From an uncultured Verrucomicrobiae bacterium (GTDB lineage Bacteria > Verrucomicrobiota > Verrucomicrobiia > Limisphaerales > Palsa-1400): a stretch of DNA of 64,000 bases. Below, piece by piece: positions 1 through 8,478 of the stretch (its first letter is position 1; each line of letters begins with the position of its first letter). A program made the translations under genes and the position numbers. The notes beneath the pieces were generated by a model. The model saw nothing but the letters and a program-made list of their open reading frames with translations, was not told the origin of the DNA and ran no database searches. The stretch is taken from NCBI GenBank assembly GCA_963764165.1, contig CAVXRD010000002.1:1024001-1088000 (forward strand), written 5' to 3'.

Positions 1-930
1 AAGCAGCCGGGCGAAAAGACGTATGCCATTGCGGTCATTCCCAAGGGCACGACGCATGAGTATTGGAAATCTGTGCATGCGGGGGCGGTGAAGGCGCAGC
101 AGGAATTGGCGGCGGCGGGGACGAAGGTGGAGTTGATTTGGAAGGGCCCTTACCGCGAGGATGATCGCGACCAGCAGATTCAGGTGGTCGAAAATTTCAC
201 CAGCCGAAAAGTCGATGGCATCGTGCTCGCGCCGCTGGATTCGCAGGCCCTGGCGCCTGCCGCCGACAATGCGGTTGCGGCCGGCATTCCGGTGGTGATT
301 ATCGATTCGGCGATTAAGTCGGACAAATGCCTGAGTTTTATCGCGACCGATAATTTCAAAGGCGGCGCGATGGCTGGAGATTTCCTGGCCAAATTGCTGA
401 ATGAAAAGGGAAACGTGATCATGCTTCGTTACGCGGTCGGTTCTGCCAGCACGGAGGCTCGGGAAAAAGGCTTCATGGCGGAGATGGAGAAGTTTCCCAA
501 CATCAAGCTCGTATCAACCGATCAATATGCCGGAGCCACACAAGAGACGGCTTATCAGGCGTCGCAAAATCTGTTGAATCGGTTCGGGAATGATTTGGAC
601 GGCGTATTTTGCCCCGCTGAACCGATCACCATTGCGATGACGAAAGCGGTGCGGGACATTGGCAAGGCGGGTGGTAAGGTGAAAATCGTGGGCTTCGACG
701 CCGGCACGAAATCGGTCGAGGATCTCAAGAACGGAGACGTTCAAGCGCTGACGCTGCAAAACCCGGTGCTGATGGGTTATGACGCCGTGATGTCCCTGGC
801 GCGCCATTTCAAAGGCGAAAAAGTGGAATCCCGAATCGACACAGGGGCGGTGATCGTGACGCGGGAAAACATGGACCAGCCCGCGAATAAGGATTTGCTT
901 TATCCGCCTCTGGAAAAATACCTGAAATAA
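1..930 (+). CDS. Sugar ABC transporter substrate-binding protein (RbsB-like), 5' end outside window
   Basis: Frame open from base 1 (KQPGEKTYAIAVIPKGTTHEYWKSVHAG); motifs VDGIVLAP, IPVVIIDS, ATDNFKGG, VGFDA, QNPVLMGY. Confidence 0.92.
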   Translation, partial: KQPGEKTYAIAVIPKGTTHEYWKSVHAGAVKAQQELAAAGTKVELIWKGPYREDDRDQQIQVVENFTSRKVDGIVLAPLDSQALAPAADNAVAAGIPVVIIDSAIKSDKCLSFIATDNFKGGAMAGDFLAKLLNEKGNVIMLRYAVGSASTEAREKGFMAEMEKFPNIKLVSTDQYAGATQETAYQASQNLLNRFGNDLDGVFCPAEPITIAMTKAVRDIGKAGGKVKIVGFDAGTKSVEDLKNGDVQALTLQNPVLMGYDAVMSLARHFKGEKVESRIDTGAVIVTRENMDQPANKDLLYPPLEKYLK

Positions 931-936
931 AAAAAG

Positions 937-971
937 GATTAATCAGGAACGACCGAACTCAGGAACGGAGA
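937..971 (+). repeat. Left arm of inverted repeat flanking the GxxExxY gene
   Basis: GATTAATCAGGAACGACCGAACTCAGGAACGGAGA; near-identical reverse complement at 1476-1512; contains the gene's stop codon (959-961). Confidence 0.85.
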
Positions 972-1399
972 TCTATCGGCCTGGCGTTCGCCGCGGCGAA
1001 GTTCGTGGCCTTGAGTTCCCTGGTGACGCGTTTCATGGTTAACGGCATGGTGGCGAAATTGAGCAACAAGCCGTCGCGGAGATGCAGTGCCTTCATATAC
1101 GACCGAGTTATTGAAAAGAAAATGTCATCAAGGGCTTTAGCCGCTTTCAACTCCACGACCAGCACGCCCTCGACAAGCATATCAAGTCGATGCTCGCCGA
1201 TTTGGCGACCGCGGTAAGTGATTGGCACTACCTTTTGTCGCTCATACCGGATGCCTTGAAAATCAAGTTCTATCGCCAAAGCTGATTCATAAATCGATTC
1301 GAGAAACCCCGGGCCAAGGGCTAAATGAACTTGGATGGCCGCCCCAATGACTTTTCCGCTCAATCCTTTGTTGCCTAGATTGTTTGACTCAAATGCCAC
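959..1399 (-). CDS. GxxExxY family protein (PD-(D/E)XK nuclease-like)
   Basis: VHLALGPGFLESIYESAL, RLDMLVEGVLVVELKA, GLLLNF. Confidence 0.93.
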   Translation of the reverse strand: MAFESNNLGNKGLSGKVIGAAIQVHLALGPGFLESIYESALAIELDFQGIRYERQKVVPITYRGRQIGEHRLDMLVEGVLVVELKAAKALDDIFFSITRSYMKALHLRDGLLLNFATMPLTMKRVTRELKATNFAAANARPIDLRS

Positions 1400-1475
1400 A
1401 GCCGCATCCTAAAATCCCCGGTTATGTTGTCAACGAAACTTCCGGAGAACCGGGGGCAAACATAAGCCCCTAAGT

Positions 1476-1512
1476 CCTCCGTTTCCTGAGTTCGGTCGTT
1501 CCAGATTAAATC
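1476..1512 (-). repeat. Right arm of inverted repeat flanking the GxxExxY gene
   Basis: Minus strand GATTTAATCTGGAACGACCGAACTCAGGAAACGGAGG. Confidence 0.85.
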
Positions 1513-2062
1513 ATCTGAATTCTTCCCGAAAAACCTTCCAGTGCGCCAAGTCCAACGGCGTTTCACCCGAGTCAATCTTTCGGATCTCCTCAATCACCTC
1601 GTCGATGCTTCCAAAGATCTGATTGGTGCGCAGCGTTCCGAAGATCCAGAACGGACAGGCGTTGCGGCCTTCGGCGACGACTAGAAAGATTGGCTTCTTC
1701 ATGCGGTTGGCCCAGAAGACCTCCTCGGCCGTTCCCCAAGAAGCGGTCTTGGCCGAAATGGACGCTATCAGGAAATCCGCCCGGTCCACCAAGCTCAAAT
1801 CCTCCACGCGGATTTTTCGCATGATCTTGGACAGTTCGTCGAATTGGCCCTCTTCCCGAAGCTTGGTCAGCTTGGCCATGTGTTCTTTGTCCTCATTCAC
1901 GGAATCCATGAACGGCTTCTTGAGCGGATCGAAGAAAATGATGCCGGTGCCGGCCAGCTCGGTTTTGGTTTTCTCACGCCAGGAGCCGGGCGCGTTGCTG
2001 TTCTCGATGTTGCCGGCGAGGTAGCATTTTGTGCGGTGAAGATTGTGCGTCGTCATTTCCAT
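1511..2062 (-). CDS. Nucleoside 2-deoxyribosyltransferase-like protein
   Basis: YLAGNI..WR..FFDP N-terminus, DLSLVDRADFLI, SWGTAEEV..A..MKKPI pattern of the NDT/Rcl-like fold. Confidence 0.7.
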   Translation of the reverse strand: MEMTTHNLHRTKCYLAGNIENSNAPGSWREKTKTELAGTGIIFFDPLKKPFMDSVNEDKEHMAKLTKLREEGQFDELSKIMRKIRVEDLSLVDRADFLIASISAKTASWGTAEEVFWANRMKKPIFLVVAEGRNACPFWIFGTLRTNQIFGSIDEVIEEIRKIDSGETPLDLAHWKVFREEFR

Positions 2063-2097
2063 TGTTTAAGAGGCGCCACGCTATATCAGCGGTCACC

Positions 2098-2186
2098 CAT
2101 AATAAAGGCGATTCGGGCAGCAGACGCCAAGGAGGTGGGGGTGGGGAACCCCGCTGAAGAAACGTACCGCTACCCGAATCAAACCC
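2098..2186 (-). ncRNA. Putative hairpin sRNA with anti-SD motif
   Basis: 12-bp stem 2110-2121/2169-2180 fully paired only on the minus strand (G-U versus C-A); promoter upstream; TTTATTAT just downstream. Confidence 0.55.
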
Positions 2187-2192
2187 GCGCCC

Positions 2193-2220
2193 ATCGTAAA
2201 GATTTCGAGGGTTTTGTCAA
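2193..2220 (-). promoter_or_regulatory. Sigma70-type promoter
   Basis: TTGACA-16 nt-TACGAT on the minus strand. Confidence 0.65.
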
Positions 2221-2312
2221 TGGATAAAAACCGGCATTTTGCCGGAATTGTCGCGGATATTTTGTGATGTAAACCCCTACAAACCATACAGAACAGCACG
2301 ACAGAAGCGGTC

Positions 2313-3398
2313 TCAAAGTCCCATGACTTTCTTCACGGCGGAGATGTCCGCGGGAACTATGATCGGCTCGAATCCCGCCGTGGCAATGGCACTGTCTGGA
2401 TCCTTCAAACCGTGGCCGGTCATGGTGGCGGCGATCACGCTGCCCTCGGGAATCTTACTTGCTTTCACGCAACGAATTAGACCCGCCAGGCATGCCGCCG
2501 AGGCGGGTTCCACGAACACGCCATCGGCGCGGGCCATCAGCTTGTAGGCAGCCATGATTTCTTCATCTGTCACACTGTCGATAAAGCCGTTGGAATCCTT
2601 CAAAACCTGGGTTGCCACCGTCCAACTGGCTGGATTGCCGATGCGAATGGCGCTGGCCACCGTTTGCGGGTCTTCGATAATCCGCCCCAAAACCATTGGA
2701 GCCGCCCCCGCCGCCTGAAACCCGAACATTCTTGGCAAGCCGCTCGATTTCCCGGCGTCCTTGTATTGATTGTAACCGCGCCAGTAAGCGGTGATATTTC
2801 CGGCGTTGCCCACGGGCAGGAAATGAAAATCCGGCGCGCGGCCAAGCTGGTCGCAAATCTCGAACGCCGCCGTTTTCTGCCCTTCGATGCGGACGGGGTT
2901 AATGCTGTTGACAATTTCAATCTCCGCCACCTTCCCCAATTCGCGCACAATGGCGAGGGCTTGGTCAAAGTTGCCTTCCAGCGAGAGGGTCACCGCCCCG
3001 TACATGAGAGCCTGAGCCAGTTTGCCAAGGGCAATTTTTCCGTGCGGCAGCAGCACGACGCATTTCATGCCGGCCCGCGCCGCATACGCCGCGGCGGAGG
3101 CCGAAGTGTTGCCGGTGCTGGCGCAAACAACAATTCCCGCTCCGCGCTCCTTAGCCTTGGAAACAGCCATCGTCATCCCGCGATCCTTGAAGGAGCAGGT
3201 GGGATTGACGCCTTCGTATTTGAGCCACAATTCGAAACCGCCGCCCAGCGCCCTGGCAAAATTATCCACGCGAATCAGCGGCGTGTTTCCTTCGTTCAAT
3301 GAAACCACCGGCGTGGCATCCGTGACCGGCAGCCATTCGCGATACGCGTCAATGACCCCGCGCCAGCGATTTCCCGCGTTGGGAAGAATGGAGTTCAT
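2313..3398 (-). CDS. thrC: Threonine synthase
   Basis: KYEGVNPTCSFKDRG PLP-lysine motif, CASTGNTSAS, TGHGLKDP. Confidence 0.97.
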   Translation of the reverse strand: MNSILPNAGNRWRGVIDAYREWLPVTDATPVVSLNEGNTPLIRVDNFARALGGGFELWLKYEGVNPTCSFKDRGMTMAVSKAKERGAGIVVCASTGNTSASAAAYAARAGMKCVVLLPHGKIALGKLAQALMYGAVTLSLEGNFDQALAIVRELGKVAEIEIVNSINPVRIEGQKTAAFEICDQLGRAPDFHFLPVGNAGNITAYWRGYNQYKDAGKSSGLPRMFGFQAAGAAPMVLGRIIEDPQTVASAIRIGNPASWTVATQVLKDSNGFIDSVTDEEIMAAYKLMARADGVFVEPASAACLAGLIRCVKASKIPEGSVIAATMTGHGLKDPDSAIATAGFEPIIVPADISAVKKVMGL

Positions 3399-3410
3399 GG
3401 CAAAGATAAG

Positions 3411-4721
3411 TTACGCAAAATTCTCGACTCGCAACATCATCGGCGGGCCTTTGACGACGGGCAACCGGGCAATTTTACCCAGCGCCTTTTGCACCGCGCC
3501 ATCGGTCGCCCGATGGCTCATGAGCACCAAGGGCACGCTCTTGCCTTCGCGGCCTTCCGTCTGGATGACCGACGAGATGCCAATCTTCGATGCCGCCAGG
3601 ATCGAGGTGATGCGCGCCAGTGAACCCGGCTTGTCAACAACATCGAAGCGCAGATAATACCGCGAGACCGCCTCGGAAATGGGGAGCACCGTCGCATCGT
3701 CGTCGTGCGATACGAACGATGGGACGCGGCCATGGGAGCCATATTTCAAATCCAACGCGGCATCCGCAATGTCGCTCAGCACGGCGCTGGCGGTCGCGTC
3801 CTTGCCCGCCCCGCGCCCGTAAAATAGCGTGTCGCCCACCACATCACCGCGGCAGAAGACGGCGTTGAAAACATGATTGACGCTGGCCAGGACGTGGTCG
3901 TTGGGAATCAGAGCTGGATAAACCGAAACTTGGATGGTTTTGCGCCGCCCGCCCGCTGCCGCCTTGACCACCCCGAGCAGTTTGATGGTGTAACCCATCT
4001 TTCCCGCAAATTCAATGTCCGCTTGCGTGACATTGCGAATGCCTTCCACATGAATCTGGCTCGAATTGACCCAAAATCCGTGCGCCAGCGAGGCGAGGAT
4101 GCCGATCTTGTGCTCCGAATCGTAACCGTCAATATCAAGCGAGGGATCTGCCTCGGCATAACCCAGCTTTTGCGCCTCGGCGAGCGTTTGATCAAACCTC
4201 AGCCCCTCCAACTTCATCCGCGTGAGGATGTAATTGCAGGTACCGTTGACGATTCCGTAAATATGCGAAATATGATTTCCGACAAACCCCTCGCGCAGCG
4301 CCTTGATGATCGGAATGCCGCCCGCCACGCTCGCTTCGTAATAAATATTTGTGCCGGTTCCTTTTGCGGCAGCGAACAATTCCTCGCCGTGCGTCGAGAG
4401 CAGCGCCTTGTTCGCGGTGATGACGGGTTTTCCCGCCGCCAGCGCTGTCAAAATCATTTTCTTCGCCACGGTCGTTCCTCCGGCCAACTCGATGACAACA
4501 TGCACCTCTGGATCATTGACAACAGAGAGCCAGTCAGTAGTCAGCAGCGAAGCGGGGATGGGGTAGGCGCGAGTTTTGGCCGGGTCCTGGACGGCGATTT
4601 TCCGCATGGCAAGCTTCACGCGCAGGCGGGATTCCATCAGGGCCCGGTTTTTATGCAAGTGATGATAGACCCCGCTGGCGACGGTGCCTCCTCCAATCAT
4701 ACCCAGATTGATCTGTTGCAT
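3411..4721 (-). CDS. hom: Homoserine dehydrogenase with C-terminal ACT domain
   Basis: ITANKALL, YEASVAGGIPII, GIVNGTCNYIL, GYAEADP, GRGAG; ATG at 4721 chosen as start. Confidence 0.96.
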   Translation of the reverse strand: MQQINLGMIGGGTVASGVYHHLHKNRALMESRLRVKLAMRKIAVQDPAKTRAYPIPASLLTTDWLSVVNDPEVHVVIELAGGTTVAKKMILTALAAGKPVITANKALLSTHGEELFAAAKGTGTNIYYEASVAGGIPIIKALREGFVGNHISHIYGIVNGTCNYILTRMKLEGLRFDQTLAEAQKLGYAEADPSLDIDGYDSEHKIGILASLAHGFWVNSSQIHVEGIRNVTQADIEFAGKMGYTIKLLGVVKAAAGGRRKTIQVSVYPALIPNDHVLASVNHVFNAVFCRGDVVGDTLFYGRGAGKDATASAVLSDIADAALDLKYGSHGRVPSFVSHDDDATVLPISEAVSRYYLRFDVVDKPGSLARITSILAASKIGISSVIQTEGREGKSVPLVLMSHRATDGAVQKALGKIARLPVVKGPPMMLRVENFA

Positions 4722-4813
4722 AGAAACACTGACTTTGGCGAAATCAGGCGGCCAAGACAATGGAAAAACAAAAATCGGCGCTCTGATGGCGCCGGAAAAA
4801 ATTCATCTGCCTC

Positions 4814-4873
4814 TGGGGCGGCCGAGGCGTCTCGCCTCTGCCGGGCTAATTCTGCGGCGGGACGCAGCTGCCA
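4814..4873. repeat. Degenerate REP-like palindromic doublet
   Basis: TGGGGCGGCCGAGGCGTCTCGCC...CGGCGGGACGCAGCTGCCA imperfect inverted repeat. Confidence 0.5.
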
Positions 4874-4985
4874 TCTTGTGCATGAAGATTTTGTCCTGGA
4901 CCGCGCTTTGAGATCCAACCGGAAAAAGCTCCCTTACTGAAAAGAGGGGTTGACGGGTGAAAAATGCGTGATAGGTTCCCTAACT

Positions 4986-5288
4986 ATGAGTGCTAGAAAA
5001 GTCCAGAATAGTTCTCTCGATTTAACCTCCAGTACAGCCCAATGCCTTACTGTTGTGGCTGACTCCGTGCGCGTCCGCAAGAACGGCATCGAATTCCGCA
5101 ACGAGCAGCGCATCGCCCCCTGGACAGAAATGACCGTCACGCTGCAAGGCACCGGTCTGGCCAAGAAAGTGAATTTCACCGGCGTGGTGGTCGCCTGCAG
5201 CGGAAACGCCCGCGAAGGCTACGAGATTTCGATGCTCTTTACCCGCGTCACCCGCCTGTCCCAGGCCAGATTGCTCGCGTATTCGTGA
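4986..5288 (+). CDS. Hypothetical small beta-rich (PilZ-like) protein
   Basis: 100-aa ORF upstream of pilT; NGIEF..VNFTGVVVAC..YEISMLF resembles a PilZ barrel. Confidence 0.6.
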   Translation: MSARKVQNSSLDLTSSTAQCLTVVADSVRVRKNGIEFRNEQRIAPWTEMTVTLQGTGLAKKVNFTGVVVACSGNAREGYEISMLFTRVTRLSQARLLAYS

Positions 5289-5359
5289 CGCGGGCGCGGA
5301 TTTAATTTTTTGCCAGATCCTAGTTGGCAAAATTTCCGCCTTCTGTATAAATTTCCGGC

Positions 5360-6448
5360 ATGGAAACGTTTCGCCGTATTTTAATGACGGCTGTGCAAGG
5401 AGGCGCCTCTGACATTCACATCAAGGTGGGGGGGCCTATTATTTTTCGCATGAGCCGCAAGCTGATCGCCATCGAGGCTCCCATTCCCACGATAGAGTGG
5501 ATGAACACGGTTTTGGATTCGATCATCCCAAAACATGTGCGCGCCTATTACGACACGAATCACGAATGCGATTTCTCTTACTTTCTTGAGGGCGCGGGCC
5601 GCTTTCGCACAAACTGCTTTCATGAGCGGGGCTCCCCCTGCCTGGCCATGCGGTATGTGAAAAACACGGTGCCCAGCTTCGAGGATTTGGGCTTGCTGCC
5701 GCAGTTGAAGCAGATTGCCGAGTCCCCGCGCGGCATCGTCCTGCTGGCCGGCACCACGGGCTCCGGCAAATCCACCACCCTGGCGGCGATGATCGAGCAT
5801 ATCAATTCCCATGGGCGGAAACACATCGTCACGCTGGAAGATCCGATCGAGTACGTTTTTGAGGACAATCAGTCCATCATCGAGCAGCGGGAAATCGGTC
5901 TCGACACCATGAGTTTCGCGCTGGGGTTGAAAGCGGTGCTCCGCCAGGATCCAGACGTCGTGATGATTGGGGAAATGCGCGATTCCACCAGCTTTATGGC
6001 GGCCATGAGCGCCGCCGACACGGGGCATTTGATCTTGTCTACCTTGCATACAACCAACGCGGCGCAATCTGTCGGCCGCATTTTGGATTTCTTCAAGGCG
6101 GACGAGCGCGACCAAGTCCGGCGCCAGCTTGCCGGCACGCTGCAAGCGGTGATTTGCCAGCGCATGGTGCCGCTCGTTGCGGGCGGGATGACCCCGGCGC
6201 AGGAAATTCTGATTAATTCGGCCACGGTTCGGAAATTGATCGAGGAAAATCGCCTGGAAAAATTGTCGGCGGCCATTGAAACCGGCAGCGAAGAAGGCAT
6301 GATCAGCTTCAACCAATCCCTGTTCAAATTGGTGCAGGAAGGCAAGATTACCCAGAAAGAAGCGCTGCTCAAAGCCACCAACGCCCAGGCGCTGGAAATG
6401 AATTTCCAAGGCATCTTCCTCACCGAAGGCAAGCGCATCCTTGGCTAG
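5360..6448 (+). CDS. pilT: PilT/PilU type IV pilus retraction ATPase
   Basis: ASDIHI, GTTGSGKSTT, TLEDPIEY, LRQDPDVVMIGEMRD, TGHLILSTLHT. Confidence 0.93.
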   Translation: METFRRILMTAVQGGASDIHIKVGGPIIFRMSRKLIAIEAPIPTIEWMNTVLDSIIPKHVRAYYDTNHECDFSYFLEGAGRFRTNCFHERGSPCLAMRYVKNTVPSFEDLGLLPQLKQIAESPRGIVLLAGTTGSGKSTTLAAMIEHINSHGRKHIVTLEDPIEYVFEDNQSIIEQREIGLDTMSFALGLKAVLRQDPDVVMIGEMRDSTSFMAAMSAADTGHLILSTLHTTNAAQSVGRILDFFKADERDQVRRQLAGTLQAVICQRMVPLVAGGMTPAQEILINSATVRKLIEENRLEKLSAAIETGSEEGMISFNQSLFKLVQEGKITQKEALLKATNAQALEMNFQGIFLTEGKRILG

Positions 6449-6636
6449 GGAGCGATGAGAAGGGGTGATGTGCGCCGGAGGTTTGGTGTCCTCGCACACT
6501 GCGAATCGCGCCCTGTTGGTCGTTGCCAGAAAATGCTTGTTGTCAAAGACGCAATTTGCTACCAAATGACCTGTCCGAGGTTCTGGCAGCAAAAAGTAAC
6601 ACAACATTAACGCATTTTTTTGACAGGAATAACAAT

Positions 6637-7062
6637 ATGAAGACTATCAAGACTCTCTGTGCCGTCTTTTTGGCTGGAGCGGCGCTGGCCGCCCAGCCAG
6701 TCTTGGCCCAAACGGCCCCCGCGCCTTCCACCAACATGGCCGGCACTAATGCCACAGGCAAAGCCGCTCGCCCCCCCCGTGCGCCGCGATACAGCGGCAC
6801 TGTCGCCAGCGTGGATGCCTCCACCATGACCATCACGCTCAAAGCGAACAAAACCACCGGGACGGAAACGAAAATCAAAGTGACTTCCTCAACCGCGATC
6901 AAAAAGGGCAAGGAAGCGGCCCAATTTTCGGATATCACGGCTGGCATGCGCATTGGCGGCGCCGGCAAAAAGGGTGAAGACGGTGTTTGGACGGCCACAA
7001 CCGTGGACATCCTGCCCCCGAAGGCTGTTGCTCCCGCGCCGGCTCCAGCCGCCAAGGAATAG
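6637..7062 (+). CDS. Secreted OB-fold-like hypothetical protein (DUF5666-like)
   Basis: Signal peptide MKTIKTLCAVFLAGAALAAQPVLA; GTVASVD..TITL..FSDITAGMRI..WTATTV. Confidence 0.7.
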   Translation: MKTIKTLCAVFLAGAALAAQPVLAQTAPAPSTNMAGTNATGKAARPPRAPRYSGTVASVDASTMTITLKANKTTGTETKIKVTSSTAIKKGKEAAQFSDITAGMRIGGAGKKGEDGVWTATTVDILPPKAVAPAPAPAAKE

Positions 7063-7081
7063 TTTAATCCACTTTCACGCG

Positions 7082-7127
7082 AGGCGGAGAGCGTGTCTTC
7101 ACCACTCGCTTTCCGCCTTTATCTTTT
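7082..7127 (+). terminator. Intrinsic terminator between convergent genes
   Basis: AGGCGGAGAGCG / CGCTTTCCGCCT stem followed by TTATCTTTT. Confidence 0.6.
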
Positions 7128-7175
7128 GAATTCTTAGCCGGCATGGGCTCGACGCAGTCTCGCCTTGCCGGCCCA

Positions 7176-7661
7176 CTATGGGCGAGCCAGGGAATACCGG
7201 GCCGACAACGCCCGCCCCGCCCCAAACAAAAGCCACACCGAAAGCAAAATCAGCCCCGCATTTTCCAGCAATTTCCCGCAAATAAACACTTCCCCAGTCC
7301 CGCAGCCGCAGTCGAATTTGACGGCGCAGAACGGTATCCCCTTGGCCGCCTCCAATTCCAATGCCCGACGCCAGACCACGCCTGTAAATGGAATCAGAAT
7401 CGCGGTCAGCACCAAGGCGGTCCCGCGCACCGCCACGCCGGCCAGCAGCAGAATTCCGCAAAAAAGCTCGAACCACGGCAATGCGGCCGCCACGGAATTC
7501 AGCAGGCAGGACGTCTGGAAAATCTCGTATTGACGCACCAATTTGAGGAAGGCAACCGGGTCCATCGCCTTTTGCAATCCAGCGCAAATGAAGATCGCGC
7601 CCAAGACCCAGCGGGCGGCGATGGCCGCAAAATCGAGGGCTTTGCGCGTCGGCTCGGTCAT
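7176..7661 (-). CDS. MauE/DoxX family membrane protein
   Basis: RWVLGAIFICAGLQK, LPWFELFCGILLLAG, DCGCG. Confidence 0.88.
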   Translation of the reverse strand: MTEPTRKALDFAAIAARWVLGAIFICAGLQKAMDPVAFLKLVRQYEIFQTSCLLNSVAAALPWFELFCGILLLAGVAVRGTALVLTAILIPFTGVVWRRALELEAAKGIPFCAVKFDCGCGTGEVFICGKLLENAGLILLSVWLLFGAGRALSARYSLARP

Positions 7662-7696
7662 GGGTGCAATTCAGCTATTGACGGCGAAGCCGGCAA

Positions 7697-7798
7697 GGCA
7701 GGGACGCCTCGCCGGGGCGTCCGGGGTGAGGCATTATACACGCAGATGCCACGGAATTTTTCTGGCGCCACTGGACCCCTCGGCGAGGCGCAGCTGCC
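7697..7798. repeat. REPIN-like doublet, family A
   Basis: GGCAGGGACGCCTCGCCGGGGCGTCCGG plus degenerate inverted copy; same family at 14019, 22583 and 60820. Confidence 0.8.
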
Positions 7799-7821
7799 TA
7801 AAACCAGATTGCGCTGCCCGG

Positions 7822-8478
7822 TCATTTGGCTTCGACGCCGCTGTTGCGCGCGCCCTGCTCCAGCGGAAGATGTTTCGCCGACCACTCGTCAAAGCCGCCG
7901 CCGTAGACAAAAATCTTCTGGGCTGGCACGCCCGATTTTTGCAGCATTATCGCCGTGCTCTCCGCATCCTCGCATTCTCCGCCCGAGCAATAGACCACCA
8001 CCTGCTCGGCGTTATCGCATGGGGCGATATCATCCGCGAGATCTTTTTCCGGATGGTAATAGTCGAGCGGATATGCGCCGGTGATATGGCTTGCGGCGTA
8101 ATATCCCCCCGTGCGCGCGTCGATAAAAATGACCAACCCTTGCATGTAACGCGGGTCGTGAAACAGCCTCTCCACCTCCGCCAGATCAAGCGGTTGAAGA
8201 CCCTTCCCGCGAATGCGCTGGTCGGCTTCCGCAATCTCAGGATTCTCGTTGGCGGCGGCCGCTGGCGCGACAGTTTTCGACGATGTCCCCGGCCGTGGCG
8301 GCAGCGAAACCGCCACATTCGTCGATTTTGGAAAATAATCGCGGGCAAGAAAAAGGCCGCGGGGCGAAAGTTCGTTGGCCGCAAAGGCGAAACCCGCGCC
8401 AGCCAAAACCACCGCCATGGCTTCAACAAAAACGGCGGTAAGCTTTCGGCAGGCCACGGCGCAATCCGTCAATTCCAA
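7822..8478 (-). CDS. Membrane-anchored rhodanese domain protein
   Basis: FIDAR..YAASHITGA, VVYCSGGECEDA, VYGGGFDEW. Confidence 0.88.
   Translation of the reverse strand: MELTDCAVACRKLTAVFVEAMAVVLAGAGFAFAANELSPRGLFLARDYFPKSTNVAVSLPPRPGTSSKTVAPAAAANENPEIAEADQRIRGKGLQPLDLAEVERLFHDPRYMQGLVIFIDARTGGYYAASHITGAYPLDYYHPEKDLADDIAPCDNAEQVVVYCSGGECEDAESTAIMLQKSGVPAQKIFVYGGGFDEWSAKHLPLEQGARNSGVEAK

Noticed and set aside
2098..2186. tRNA or SRP RNA
   Set aside because: No cloverleaf or TTC loop, and no SRP domain IV motif
6522..6590. Structured leader (GTTGCCAGAA / TTCTGGCAGC)
   Set aside because: Single 10-bp stem with no supporting inner structure; may be chance
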